NCBI GenBank assembly: GCA_963662545.2
Contig: CAXXLL010000003.1
Coordinates: forward strand, 992,001 to 1,056,000
DNA length: 64,000 nucleotides
Reading direction: 5' to 3'
Origin: Gammaproteobacteria bacterium
GTDB lineage: Bacteria > Pseudomonadota > Gammaproteobacteria > Ga0077536
Position numbers and translations under genes: made by a program. The notes under the pieces are model-generated. The model saw only the letters and a list, made by a program, of their open reading frames with translations, was not told where the DNA came from and searched no databases. This document shows, one piece after another, positions 38,885 to 49,200 of this stretch; position 1 is the stretch's first letter, and every line of letters starts with the position of its first letter.

Positions 38885-39825
38885 GGCAGCATTGCAAACA
38901 CGTTGGCAAAGTAAAGCGACACCAATGCCACGACCGTCAGGCTGAATGCTCCGAGACCCCCGAAAAGCCATTTCAAACGCTGCTGCCCGAATAATAGTCG
39001 CGACCTCGAGAATTGCCGGGCTTCCGTGGTGTCGTCAATCGCGCTGCGTACATGCGCCACCTCGACCGCGGCGGATCCTCCACCGAATGCGGCCATTAGC
39101 GACTTGTGAGCAATGATATTGACGAGGCGTGGAATGCCACTGCTGCCGCGATACAAAGTATCCATCGCTTTGCGGGTAAACAAGATCGGGCCGTCGTAGC
39201 CGGCGACTGCGAGACGATGTGCGATGTACTGATCTGCCCCGATCGTCGTCAATGGCAGTATTTCAGAAGAAAACGAAATGCGCTGGCGCAGTTGCCGAAT
39301 CGATGGCTCTTTGAGGACCGTGTCCAGTTCCGGCTGCCCAAAGAGCACGACCTGGATCAGTTTGCTCTTTTCCGTCTCCAGATTAGTCAACAACCTCAAG
39401 GTCTCAAGTGTCTCTATCGGAATCGCCTGTGCTTCGTCGAGGCAGACGAGAACGCGTTTCCCCTGTGCGTGAAAATTCAACAATCCCTTGTTGAGCAGCT
39501 TCATAAAAGCATGCTGCCCAATTTTCTCCGGGTACTCGATACCGAGTTCGTCCGCGACGGACAGCAACAGCGTAGTGGGTTTGAGATAAGGATTTGGAAT
39601 GTATGCAGTTGCGAATTCATCGGCGAGCGTGTTGATCAAGGTTCTGCAGAGCATGGTCTTGCCGGTCCCGACTTCACCGGTGACTTTGACGAAACCCTCT
39701 CCGCTGCGCAAAGCGACGAGCAACACGTTGAGTGCGTCCTGGTAACCCGCGCGGCTCATGAAGAACGACGTATCGGGTGTCAAGGTAAACGGGAGTTCGT
39801 TCAGTCGAAAATGTTCGAGATACAT
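38881..39825 (-). CDS. mshM: MSHA AAA ATPase MshM (ExeA family)
   Basis: MYLEHF...PFTLTPD, GEVGTGKT, DEAQ, LFGQPEL and GIPRLVN. Confidence 0.93.
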   Translation of the reverse strand: MYLEHFRLNELPFTLTPDTSFFMSRAGYQDALNVLLVALRSGEGFVKVTGEVGTGKTMLCRTLINTLADEFATAYIPNPYLKPTTLLLSVADELGIEYPEKIGQHAFMKLLNKGLLNFHAQGKRVLVCLDEAQAIPIETLETLRLLTNLETEKSKLIQVVLFGQPELDTVLKEPSIRQLRQRISFSSEILPLTTIGADQYIAHRLAVAGYDGPILFTRKAMDTLYRGSSGIPRLVNIIAHKSLMAAFGGGSAAVEVAHVRSAIDDTTEARQFSRSRLLFGQQRLKWLFGGLGAFSLTVVALVSLYFANVFAMLP

Positions 39826-39859
39826 GGTCGTCTACCTCATCGGTTCATTCGGTCCCGGA

Positions 39860-41623
39860 TCATGGCGACGGTTTACCGTATCCAAAGCCGGAATTGCGCT
39901 GCTCGTCCCATTGGTCCAGTTCGCGATCGATGCGAGCCATGTTTTCGCTCGTTTGTACAAACGCTTCGGCCCACTGTTGGTCGCCGGCGATGACGGTGGG
40001 ACGCAGCAGTATGACCAGCTCGCTCTTCACATCATCGGTGCGCTTGTGGCGAAACAAGGCTCCAATGCCTGGAAGGTCACCAAGGAACGGGTTTTTGGCG
40101 TCCTGCTCCGTGCTGCGATTCTGCATCAGACCGCCGATGACTATCAGTTGGCCGTTTCGCGCCCTGACGATGGAATCCGACTCGCGAACGGTGCTACGCG
40201 CAAGAGGCAGCGTCTGAGTGATACCGCCGATGGAGATGTTCTTTTGCTGATCGGTGACCTGACTCACCGTCGGATGGATGTGCAGCATCACATCGCCGGC
40301 TTCGCTGATTTGCGGCGTGACATCCAGTGCGATCCCCGAAAAGAACGGTGTGAGTTCAATATTGGGTGTCGATTGGGTCGCAGTGGCCGTGATCGTCGTC
40401 GTCGACACGTCCGTAACGAAAAACTCGTCCGTACCGACCTTGATGATGGCCTTGTGATTATTCATGGTCGCGATACGCGGGCTGGACAGCACTTGTACGT
40501 TGCCCTGCGTCTCGAGCAGTTCAATAAATGCCGTGAAATCAGTGCCGTTGAATGCCATCGAGAACACGCCGCCGAAAGCACGGGCAGCGACGCCGGTCAA
40601 ATTGGTAACCCCCGGCTCCTGGGTCACGTCCGCCCCGGCAATGCCGCTCAACCCTGATTCGCCAAGCAGATTGGTCCCGCCGCCGGTGTGAAAAACCGAC
40701 ACCTGTCCGAAAATCGCCGACCAGTTGATACCCGACTGGAAGCCTTCCGATAACTCGACTTTCAGGATCTTGGCTTCAAGTATGACCTGGCGCTGCGCGA
40801 TCAGTTGGGTGGCGCGCAGAAACGCTTCCACCTCCCGCAATTCAGTCGGAATGGCACGGGCAACGACGACGCCGGACTGCGGATTTACGACGACGCTGCG
40901 GCCTTCGGCATCGCCTACGATCGCTTCGAGCGAGGTCTGCAATTCATTCCAGAAAGACGTCGGGGGATGGATGGTGGTGATGGTGGTTCCGACGACCGTT
41001 CGCTGGCCGCGCCCATCCGCGCCGGCGCCCGCTTCCGCGTCGCCGATCCTGGGCGAACCGGGTCCCTCCTGCAGGGTGCCTGAACTGACGAACGTCGCTG
41101 ACGTGCCGCTCCGGTTGATGTTCAGGTAGTTGATTTGGTAGACCCGTGCCTCCAATCGCGCCGGCAATACCTGAAATCCATAGTCGGTTTGATCGAACTC
41201 GAATCCGTAGACGTCTCTGGCCGCTTCGAGGACCGACCGAATGGTCACATTCTTCAGGTTCAGTGAAATCTCCCCGGTCACCTCCGGGTGGACCACCAGG
41301 TTGTATTGTGTATCGTCGACCAGGCTCAAGAAAAACTGATCGGCGGGTACGCGGTTGACGGCGATGTCGAAACGCTGCTCGTCGGCTATTTCAGGCACCT
41401 CGGGAACGTCGAGTCTCAGGGTCGGAATGAGTTCATCGGCGACTTCGTCCGGGACTTCACCGGACTCTCCTTTTTCCGCCAGTCCCTGCGTGATGGCTTG
41501 ATTGATCTGACTCAGGGTCTCCACGCGCGGTGGCGTGTTTTCACAACCACCTGATAGTCCGACCAACACCATGCCCAAAAACGATCGCATCGCCTGGTCA
41601 GCTTTGTTTTTCATAACCATCAT
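39860..41623 (-). CDS. mshL: MSHA secretin MshL
   Basis: Lipobox LSGGC, RQVILEAKI, VLSSPR and TPFFSGIALDVTPQI; start uncertain. Confidence 0.95.
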   Translation of the reverse strand: MMVMKNKADQAMRSFLGMVLVGLSGGCENTPPRVETLSQINQAITQGLAEKGESGEVPDEVADELIPTLRLDVPEVPEIADEQRFDIAVNRVPADQFFLSLVDDTQYNLVVHPEVTGEISLNLKNVTIRSVLEAARDVYGFEFDQTDYGFQVLPARLEARVYQINYLNINRSGTSATFVSSGTLQEGPGSPRIGDAEAGAGADGRGQRTVVGTTITTIHPPTSFWNELQTSLEAIVGDAEGRSVVVNPQSGVVVARAIPTELREVEAFLRATQLIAQRQVILEAKILKVELSEGFQSGINWSAIFGQVSVFHTGGGTNLLGESGLSGIAGADVTQEPGVTNLTGVAARAFGGVFSMAFNGTDFTAFIELLETQGNVQVLSSPRIATMNNHKAIIKVGTDEFFVTDVSTTTITATATQSTPNIELTPFFSGIALDVTPQISEAGDVMLHIHPTVSQVTDQQKNISIGGITQTLPLARSTVRESDSIVRARNGQLIVIGGLMQNRSTEQDAKNPFLGDLPGIGALFRHKRTDDVKSELVILLRPTVIAGDQQWAEAFVQTSENMARIDRELDQWDEQRNSGFGYGKPSP

Positions 41624-41988
41624 TCTTCGACTGAACGGTTTTTCGCCGCCTGGCGAACGGTATAGGGCAAAAGCTTGTATCGTCGGCGTTCCGAAAGGTA
41701 TTCGATGACGACAGCGCCCAGGTTTATCTCCACGATAACCGCTTCGCCAATCCGGGCGCCCTCGTTCAGCAGTTCACCGTTTACGATGGCCTTCCGACTA
41801 TCTCCGCTGATCTTTATCGCGGTGACCGTGTAGTGTTGAATCTTGTCGTCGCTGAGACGCCGCAACGCCACCTGATGCAACAGCGGCGGACGTGTGGGAT
41901 CGGGTAATTGTTCGGCTTCCATCGCCGGCGCGACACCGGCGGCCAGGATCAGCGATGCCGCGATAAGGGCTTTGCAGTTCTTAGACAC
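41620..41988 (-). CDS. mshK: MSHA biogenesis protein MshK
   Basis: Signal peptide, LPDPTRPP and AIVNG; synteny. Confidence 0.88.
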   Translation of the reverse strand: MSKNCKALIAASLILAAGVAPAMEAEQLPDPTRPPLLHQVALRRLSDDKIQHYTVTAIKISGDSRKAIVNGELLNEGARIGEAVIVEINLGAVVIEYLSERRRYKLLPYTVRQAAKNRSVEE

Positions 41989-42649
41989 CGATCCAACTCC
42001 GATCCAGACTCAAGGTATAAACCACGATCGAGGTTTCGGCCGTCGGGTGTATTTTTACATTGATGTCGACCGCCTCCCAGAAAAATTTCCAGGGCAGTAC
42101 CTCGAGCGCGCGCATATAAGCGATCGTGTCCAGATAGCTGCCGGTAAAACGGATGCGGAAGCCGTGGCGGAAAGCTGTTCTCGCACCATTCGTTTTGCGC
42201 TTTGGCGCTTCATTCGATGTTTCGAGCAACGGCTCGGCGCCGAGTCCTTCCAGGCTGACGAATTCGAGGCCATGCGTATTTTCGAGCACTCGCCGCAGCA
42301 CCTGCGCCATCTCTTGTGGGTCGATCAACTGTCCCGCTAGCTCTCTGATTTCCGCTTCTAAACCCTTGATCTGTGTGTTGGTTTGCTGGATCTGCTTGCG
42401 CAGCGGTTCGTTGGGGTCACGCTTTGAAACTTCGACGATTCGTAGCGCCTCCGCGTCTAGCTCGGCAAGCTTGGATTCGTTCTGAGCGATTTGGTTTGCA
42501 AAGACGCGCCGTTCCAATTCCAGGGGGGTCATTAGGAATTCACTCCATGCACCGCCTAGTACCAGAATTGACGCGCCAAGAACCAATACGCGCTCGTTGA
42601 ACTTCAACGCGTCCAGTTTCGCTGCGTAGGCGAGCAGACGCTCTTTCAT
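41981..42649 (-). CDS. mshJ: MSHA biogenesis protein MshJ
   Basis: ERVLV TM, LIDPQEMA, FRHG..GSY and VYTLSLDRSWIGV. Confidence 0.92.
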   Translation of the reverse strand: MKERLLAYAAKLDALKFNERVLVLGASILVLGGAWSEFLMTPLELERRVFANQIAQNESKLAELDAEALRIVEVSKRDPNEPLRKQIQQTNTQIKGLEAEIRELAGQLIDPQEMAQVLRRVLENTHGLEFVSLEGLGAEPLLETSNEAPKRKTNGARTAFRHGFRIRFTGSYLDTIAYMRALEVLPWKFFWEAVDINVKIHPTAETSIVVYTLSLDRSWIGV

Positions 42650-43260
42650 GACTCATCATCCGCGCTGATTCCCGACGTCCGCACGGAAAATCCGACCACG
42701 TCGAGCTCGCCCGGCACCGCCCTCAATTCCATGTTGCTGAACGAAGTCCCCTTCAAAACGGGTTCTTTGGAAAGGCGATCGATATAAGCAGGCACGAGAT
42801 CGGGCAGCAAAGCCTTACCCTGAAGGCCAATCGAACGGCCGCCGGCCCGTACACGAACCTGTGTAAGCCAGGTACCCTCGACATGCTGGCGCGCGAAACC
42901 TTCCAGAAAGACGGACAGTCCACCTATTCTTCCGAACGCACCGCTACGGAGTTTCGAAACGATCTGCCGTGTATCGTTCAAAGTCGTACGCGTCTCCTTA
43001 ACCAGACGCGTAACCGCGGAATCGACTGTCGGAACCGGATACTGCACCCGCAGCTGTTCGACCTGCGACTCGCTCCTGGCAATCGCGTCGTTCGTTTCGC
43101 CCGCCTGCCTTTTGATGGGTTGTACCTGCATCCAGGTGTAGGCATAAACGGCGCCGAGCAACAGCAGCACACCTCCGAACAACTGTGCAATGACGACTGC
43201 TCGCAGCACCGTCTTCCGCGGTCGGAACATGGGCTGATAGAGATTGATTTGCTGTTTCAC
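42646..43260 (-). CDS. MSHA PilN-like alignment protein (MshI C-terminal half as a separate gene)
   Basis: MKQQINLY, TM segment, ARQH..GTWLT and VPAYI.RL..EP.L.G.SF. Confidence 0.85.
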   Translation of the reverse strand: MKQQINLYQPMFRPRKTVLRAVVIAQLFGGVLLLLGAVYAYTWMQVQPIKRQAGETNDAIARSESQVEQLRVQYPVPTVDSAVTRLVKETRTTLNDTRQIVSKLRSGAFGRIGGLSVFLEGFARQHVEGTWLTQVRVRAGGRSIGLQGKALLPDLVPAYIDRLSKEPVLKGTSFSNMELRAVPGELDVVGFSVRTSGISADDES

Positions 43261-43600
43261 AACACGGCCTCACCGAAACGGAGCGCGGCACCTATTGCAC
43301 ACAGGCATTCCGACGCCTGTTGATCATCAACCTCAGTCTGCATTTCGATGGTTTCCGCAAGGCCCATCACCCGCGTCGAGATACCTAGCTGGTGTCCGTC
43401 CATAAACAGGCATTTTCTTCGATGGGCACGGAGAAATCGAGGTGTTGAAAGTAGGTTGTTGGAGCGGTAGCGGCGGTTCGGTGGGGGTCGAAGGGCTCTT
43501 CGAGCGTAATTGTGAGTACGTTCGCCGGCCGCAGAGCGCTGCAACCCAAAGTCGCCCGTTCGACGATATCGAGGAGGTCAGTTAGTGCGAGTGAACGTCG

Positions 43601-45007
43601 CTATTCGAGTTGATAGCGCGCGAGCAGGCTGAGGTTGTAGGCGACCACAGAAGACCACACGTAGGCTTCGAAGTGCGGCAGGCTCTTCCAGGTGCAACGT
43701 GCCAATCCGTATGCACGCTTCAGGCAGGAGATACCGGCCTCGATGCCGGCGCGGAAGTTGCGCAAGCGTCGATAGACCCACTGACTCTTGACCATGTCGG
43801 CGATCGCGAGCCCGCGCTTCTTGTGGAAGGCAACGTCTTCGATGCCTTCTGCTTTCGCCGCCCGGAGATTGTCGAGGCTCGCATAGCCGCCATCGGCGGC
43901 GACCTGTCGTGGCATCGTCCCGTAGTGTGTTCGATGCCGTTCGAGCATCGGCATGAAGCGCTGACTATCGACCGGATTGCCTCGCTCGATGACCACGTCG
44001 AGGATGAGGCCACTGCGCCCCGAAGCCAGATTGATTTTGTGTCCGTACTGAACGTCGCGCGCACCCTTTATGATGATGTCGGTATGCGGCTCGAACAAGC
44101 TCACGCACTTCTCGCTCGCGGGGACCTTCTCACCGCCGAACACCCGCCGCTCAGTTTGCGAAATCACCTGCAGAACAAGTGTTTCGTAGTGCGCTACCTG
44201 CGCTAGCCAGTCCGGCAGTTCAACGCCGGTGACGCCCGGGCTCAGCAGCTGCTCACGTACCCTCGCTACCGCTTCCAAGGTTGAACGCGTCGCCCCAATC
44301 AAATCGCGATACAGACGTTGGCGTTGCTTCGCACCACGCGCATACCACAGCGCCCGCGCACGCTTCTTCGCCAATCGAGTGTGGTTCACGAAGCACAACT
44401 CCGGCGCGCCAGGCAACTCGCGCGCCTGTGCGAGCAGACGAACCACAACACGCACGCCATCCCACAGCAGATGACTGTCGCTCGGCGCGTGGATGGCACT
44501 GTCCGTTACCGTGCTATCAATCCGTACACGCTGTGCCGGCTCAATGCGCGTCTCTTTCGCCGTCGCCAGCAGGGCGCGATGAATAGACTCCCACGTCGAT
44601 ACCTGGATCGCCGAGACCACCCGCTGTAAGGCAGACTTCTTCGGACGTTCATTACCCGGCAACCGGGCGAAGGCCTGAAAGCTCGCCGAGTCCTGCAGGT
44701 GAAAGGCCAGCTCCTCGTAACTCAATTGCCGGTGCTGCTTGAGCACCGCGCAGCGCAGCACCGACTCCGCCGACAGTCCGCGTCGACCGGTGGGCTTCAA
44801 ACCCCGCCGACAGCGCAGCACCGACTCCGCCGACAGTCCGCGTCGACCGGTGGGCTTCAAACCCCGCCGACACAGATCGTTCATGACCGGCGTGAGGACC
44901 TTGGGGTGAGCATCGAGCCACTCGGACATGCCCTGCAGCTCTCGCCCCAGGTCATGGTCAGCAAACAGCTCGTATATACTCGCTTGGGCCGTGCGTTTCT
45001 GACGCAT
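43601..45007 (-). CDS. ISNCY DDE transposase with 20-aa tandem duplication
   Basis: Same protein as 10073-11434, with RRGLKPTGRRGLSAESVLRC twice and the native C-terminus. Confidence 0.92.
   Translation of the reverse strand: MRQKRTAQASIYELFADHDLGRELQGMSEWLDAHPKVLTPVMNDLCRRGLKPTGRRGLSAESVLRCRRGLKPTGRRGLSAESVLRCAVLKQHRQLSYEELAFHLQDSASFQAFARLPGNERPKKSALQRVVSAIQVSTWESIHRALLATAKETRIEPAQRVRIDSTVTDSAIHAPSDSHLLWDGVRVVVRLLAQARELPGAPELCFVNHTRLAKKRARALWYARGAKQRQRLYRDLIGATRSTLEAVARVREQLLSPGVTGVELPDWLAQVAHYETLVLQVISQTERRVFGGEKVPASEKCVSLFEPHTDIIIKGARDVQYGHKINLASGRSGLILDVVIERGNPVDSQRFMPMLERHRTHYGTMPRQVAADGGYASLDNLRAAKAEGIEDVAFHKKRGLAIADMVKSQWVYRRLRNFRAGIEAGISCLKRAYGLARCTWKSLPHFEAYVWSSVVAYNLSLLARYQLE
44751..44872. 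repeat. perfect 60-bp tandem duplication
   Basis: 44751-44812 equals 44811-44872; single copy in IS copy 1. Confidence 0.97.
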
Positions 45008-46030
45008 TCCCCCTCCTGTGGTGTCGATGATTGTGTGGAAAATCAGAGGTTTGAAGTTCCATTAGATCACGACCCACCGGAGGTTTCGATCCCTTAAGCG
45101 ACAAATTTTCCTTTTTATTTCAACCGCATCGCGTTTAGGGATGCACACTAGCTGGCTCCCGAGGTATTCACTGACACCCGCGAATTCCTTACCGAGCGGC
45201 GCCATCACCACCCCCTGAACGGGGGGCTGGCCGAAATGACTCTCGTAGTAGTCGATCGATCGTTGAACTTCGACCACGATCGCGTCCAGTAAACCTTCGA
45301 CTGCCGGCGTTACCTCGTTCGCGCCCGATCCCAGCAGCCGTGTTCGTCCGAAGTCGAATCGCCGCGACAGGTAAAGCGTGTTCTGGCGCGTGATCGTGAT
45401 CAGCCCGACCTCTTCACTGAGGTAAATGAACGCGACGCCGCCGACGTCTTCCGGCATCAATGCGATCAGATTCCGAATCGCGAATTCGGGGATGTCGACC
45501 GTTTCAAGCTCGACGCCGCATTGTGAAAGCTCTTCGATCAGGCTGCGAATCGGCGGACTTTTCGCGACGACCGCATAAACCATCTTGTCCTGCCCACCCT
45601 TCAAGCTCGGCACCTCGAAGATATCGATAGCGGCTTCGTCGACGCTGAAATCGATCATGTCCTTGACGCGCCAGCGTACTGCCTGACGCATTTCCGATGC
45701 CGGCACATCCGGGGTTTCGACCAAGATGAGGTTGTATTCCCCAATCCCGATGAGGCTGGTGCAGCGTTGACCTTCGAGATCATGGGATTTGACGAGTTGC
45801 TCGAGCGCGGTCAACCGTGCCGATGAGGTATCCGCGGTACGCACGAACTCGGCCCATTCCAGCACCGGTTGGTCATTCGTCGCACGCCTGACGAAAGCCG
45901 CTGAAATACCCCGGGCACCGGGACATAAGGACAACAGTCCGCCGGATTCCCGCGGTTTCCTGAACCAGTTGGCAACCTGCAATCGTTCGAGCATAGCAAC
46001 AGACACAAAGCCCGTGTTGGTTACGCTCGT

Positions 46031-46059
46031 ATTATAAGAATATTGTGTAGGTTTTAACA
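46031..46059 (-). promoter_or_regulatory. putative sigma70 promoter for mshI-L operon
   Basis: Perfect TATAAT (46031-46036, minus strand) in an AT-rich tract 25 nt upstream of mshI; weak -35. Confidence 0.5.
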
Positions 46060-46214
46060 GTAACTATATAAATGTGAAGAATATTTGCCTGTTAGCAATG
46101 AATCCGTAAGCAGCCGCAGAAGGTCGCCCGGACCGGGTGCACAGTCGTCGTATACCCTATCTGGGGGTTGATACGAGGTCGATCCACAAGATTTCGAGCA
46201 GACGGCTGCGCGGG

Positions 46215-49200
46215 TCAGTCCCAGGGTTCCCGGATATAGATGATTTCACGGCGGCCCGGAAAGATCCCGAAACTCGCTCGAGCCGTCGGATCGTCGTCGA
46301 AATTGCCGTCACCGTCCCAATCGTAGCGCAGCCACTCCATGCCGTCCGCGCTAAGGTCGATGCGAATGTCGACGAAACCCGTGTTACCGGAAGGCGTGGG
46401 CGCCTGGAACAAAAGCGTTGTCGCGCCACTGTCGAACTCGGGGTCCGGTGCCGGCGGAAGACCGCTTGCCGGGTCAACCAGACGCGTTGTGCCGCCCGTT
46501 CCCTGCAGCGGAACCGAGGCTGCGTCGCCATTTTGTTCTCCGCCGCTGCCGGTCAGACGCACAGCGTTTTGCAAATTGAGTTCGGTGCAGGTATCCGTCA
46601 CCGGGGTGGGTGCATCGTCGATGTTCGTGACGAACACGCCGATGCCGCCTCCCTGATCGGCGAAATACTCGACCTGCATCGGCACCGGTAAGGCAATGAG
46701 TTCCGACCCGGTGGCGCTGGCAACCACCAGCCGGCCAAACCGCTGCTCGACTCCCAGCGTCGTAATGTCTGATTTGACGTACGGCGCACTTGTATCGGGA
46801 CCGTTGAGATTGCAAATCGTCATCACACCCGGATGGCATACCCCGTCCGAATCGGTAAACTCCGCGGCGGGAATGGTCAACTCGAGAACCGGCTCGAACT
46901 CGATTTCCGCTGCCGCGCCCTTGTCGTAGCGGAAGCTCTCGCCGTTCAAGCTCACGTCGAACACACCGTCGAAATCCCCCGTCCCGGACAGGGTGGCGGC
47001 GCCCGGCAGCGTTTCCAGGGCGAACGCGGCGCTCGGTGACGGCGCGGTGTTATCGACGTAACTCCGGTTGGGAAAGGTGCTCGTGAACTTGAAAAAGTTT
47101 TCTCCGGCGCTGGCATCCGCCGAGTAATTATTGGCGTCGGTGTTCAATGCCGTTTTCGCCGCTACGGTCAAAACCGGCGGCGCCAGATATTCGAACGGCT
47201 GCCCAATGTAGGTGAAACCACAGGTCCAAGGCTGCGCAGCAAGGCCGTTGCGGAGATCGAAATTGGGTGTCGCGACCACTTCGAAATAGGCCGGGATGAA
47301 GCGTCCCACCGCACCGCTCACCCCCCGTATCTTGGCTGTCTCGGCGCCGCCGATCGAGAGATAGTCGCCGGTTTGAACCGCCTCGATTTCGATCACGCCG
47401 ACTTCGTCGAAATTGATCATCGGGCTGCTCGCAGTGGTTCCCGCGAATGGACCGATCCTGAGCGGTGTCGGACCCGTGTCGGACAATCCGGGATCCGACG
47501 CCGAGGCATCCGACGGCCGGTGTAGATAACTGCTGAGCAGCGCGCGCCCGTCCGGAACCATGCCACTGGTTTGATAATTGACCGTAACGCTGTTGTCGCT
47601 GAGATCAGCCAGCGTCGACGGATTGTTTTCACCCGATTCATGCCCGTCCGCAATACCGTCGAGGTCGAGGTCATCGCTCGCATCCCACCGGACCGGTGTG
47701 GCTTGGACTTCGAAATCTTCGCCGGCACGGGTGAATACGTTGGGGTCCGACGCGTCATACGCTGCCGGATTGCCCGGCACATCGACATATAGCGCGAAAG
47801 GCCGCACGGCGTACTGGTTGGTCGCGCCTTCGACCGTCGCGGGCGGGGTGCCCACCATCGCGCTGCCCTTCAGACTGACCAGGCCGGCATCGTTGTACTG
47901 CGCTTGAAACGTCGCAGTCGAGGTCGCGTCGAATGTCAACGCAACGGGATCCGCCGGTACGGCTGCACCCTGATCAAATGCGGATATCGGTATACCGTCG
48001 ATCTCGCCATTCGTTACCCCCGTGCAATTGGTGTTCGGAGCAAAGCATTCGAACGCGAAATCGACGGTGCCGGGTGCCGGTATCGCCGCCTGACAGGCGC
48101 CGCTGCCGCCCGTCTCGATGACCTGGACCGAAAACGTTTCAGGCTTCCCCGCGACCTGAACGCCGACCGGGCTGAACTGGAGTATTACGTCACGAAACTC
48201 GAGCGTTGGCCCTTCCCCGACCCCGATTCCCCTACCCAAGGTATCGGTGATACCAAACGAGACCACCGCTGGCGAGGTTTGCGACAAGAGGAGTTCGATC
48301 TGGGTTTCAATCCCGTCGAAGATGTATTGCGCCACGCCTCCACCGAGGTCGGAGAAACTGCCCGGATTACCGATGCTGCCGAGGGCCCAGCCGTCCCCGG
48401 GCGTGGCCGTGATGGTCATCACCGTACCGGCGGGCGGCGCGGCGTTAACGTGACTCACCTCGTGTGACAAGATCGTGACGGCCTCCGCTTCGCAGGTCAC
48501 GCCGAATCCCCCGCCGGCGCCCGCGTGGTCGATCGCGTAGTGATCATGCCCGCTGCTGCACGGCCGCGTGAACCGACGAATGGTCCGTATTTCGTCGAGT
48601 GACAGTGCGCGTCGATACAAGCGGACTTCGTCGATCAGCCCATCGATGCCGTGCTCATTGGCGGCAGCGTTCGCGGATTTGCCGATATTGAGTACACGGT
48701 TCGAATTAAATGTCACGAAATCGCCTGAATGCGCGGCCGTGTCCTGCAATACATCGTCAACGTATATCCTGACTTCCGAACCGTCATAAACACCCGTGAC
48801 GTGGTACCAGGTATTTACCGATACGATATTCGCCGTTTGCGTCCGCTGACTGCCCGAAACGGTCTGCACCCTGAATTCGAAGCGCCGATTATTCGCATTG
48901 CCCCTCAATGCAAACTGGTAGTCGTTGAAATTTGTCGGCGTGTCGTTTTGGACGTATACCGCCCGGTTGTTGCCTGCCGGCGGATTGACCGCCCAGCGGA
49001 CCCAGGCTGATACCGTCATTTCGTCGACGAGGGCCAGGTCCGTGGTTCCAATTTCAACGCCGTCCGAAACCGCTCCCAGATCGCCACTGCCGTCGAAACT
49101 GCCGTACCGGCACGTGCTCTCCGGCAGGGCCGTAAAGGCGGGTGTCGTCACGGCGGTCAATGCATTGTCGATCGGCGTACCGTCGAGCACGGTATCGACC

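Larger units (their letters stand above)
43392..45148 (-). mobile_element. ISNCY element copy 2 (1757 bp including a 60-bp internal duplication)
   Basis: Near-identical to copy 1 (one SNP noticed near the left end); TAGCTG duplicated at 43386-43391 and 45149-45154. Confidence 0.95.
43257..46006 (-). pseudogene. mshI: MshI (PilM-like) gene split by ISNCY copy 2
   Basis: AVRWRVKD, DIPEFAIRN and EVQRSIDYYES; removing 43392-45154 rejoins EYLGSQL|GISTRV...CAIGAALR in frame. Confidence 0.92.

Noticed and set aside
39106-40657. Long plus-strand ORFs (295 and 299 aa) opposite mshM/mshL
   Set aside because: Antisense shadows of GC-rich genes with no recognisable motifs; the same applies to the many other overlapping ORFs in the track.
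44751-44872. Possible CRISPR-like or VNTR array
   Set aside because: A single tandem duplication without spacers; no cas genes and no array anywhere in the window.
9932-45148. Two inverted ISNCY copies as a 35-kb composite transposon or inversion
   Set aside because: Each copy has its own matching 6-bp duplication, so they are independent insertions with no recombination between them; the enclosed genes are core.
46110-46209. GCAGCCG...CGGCTGC-bounded segment after mshQ as another MITE
   Set aside because: Only a 7-bp IR, no duplication and no second copy in the window.
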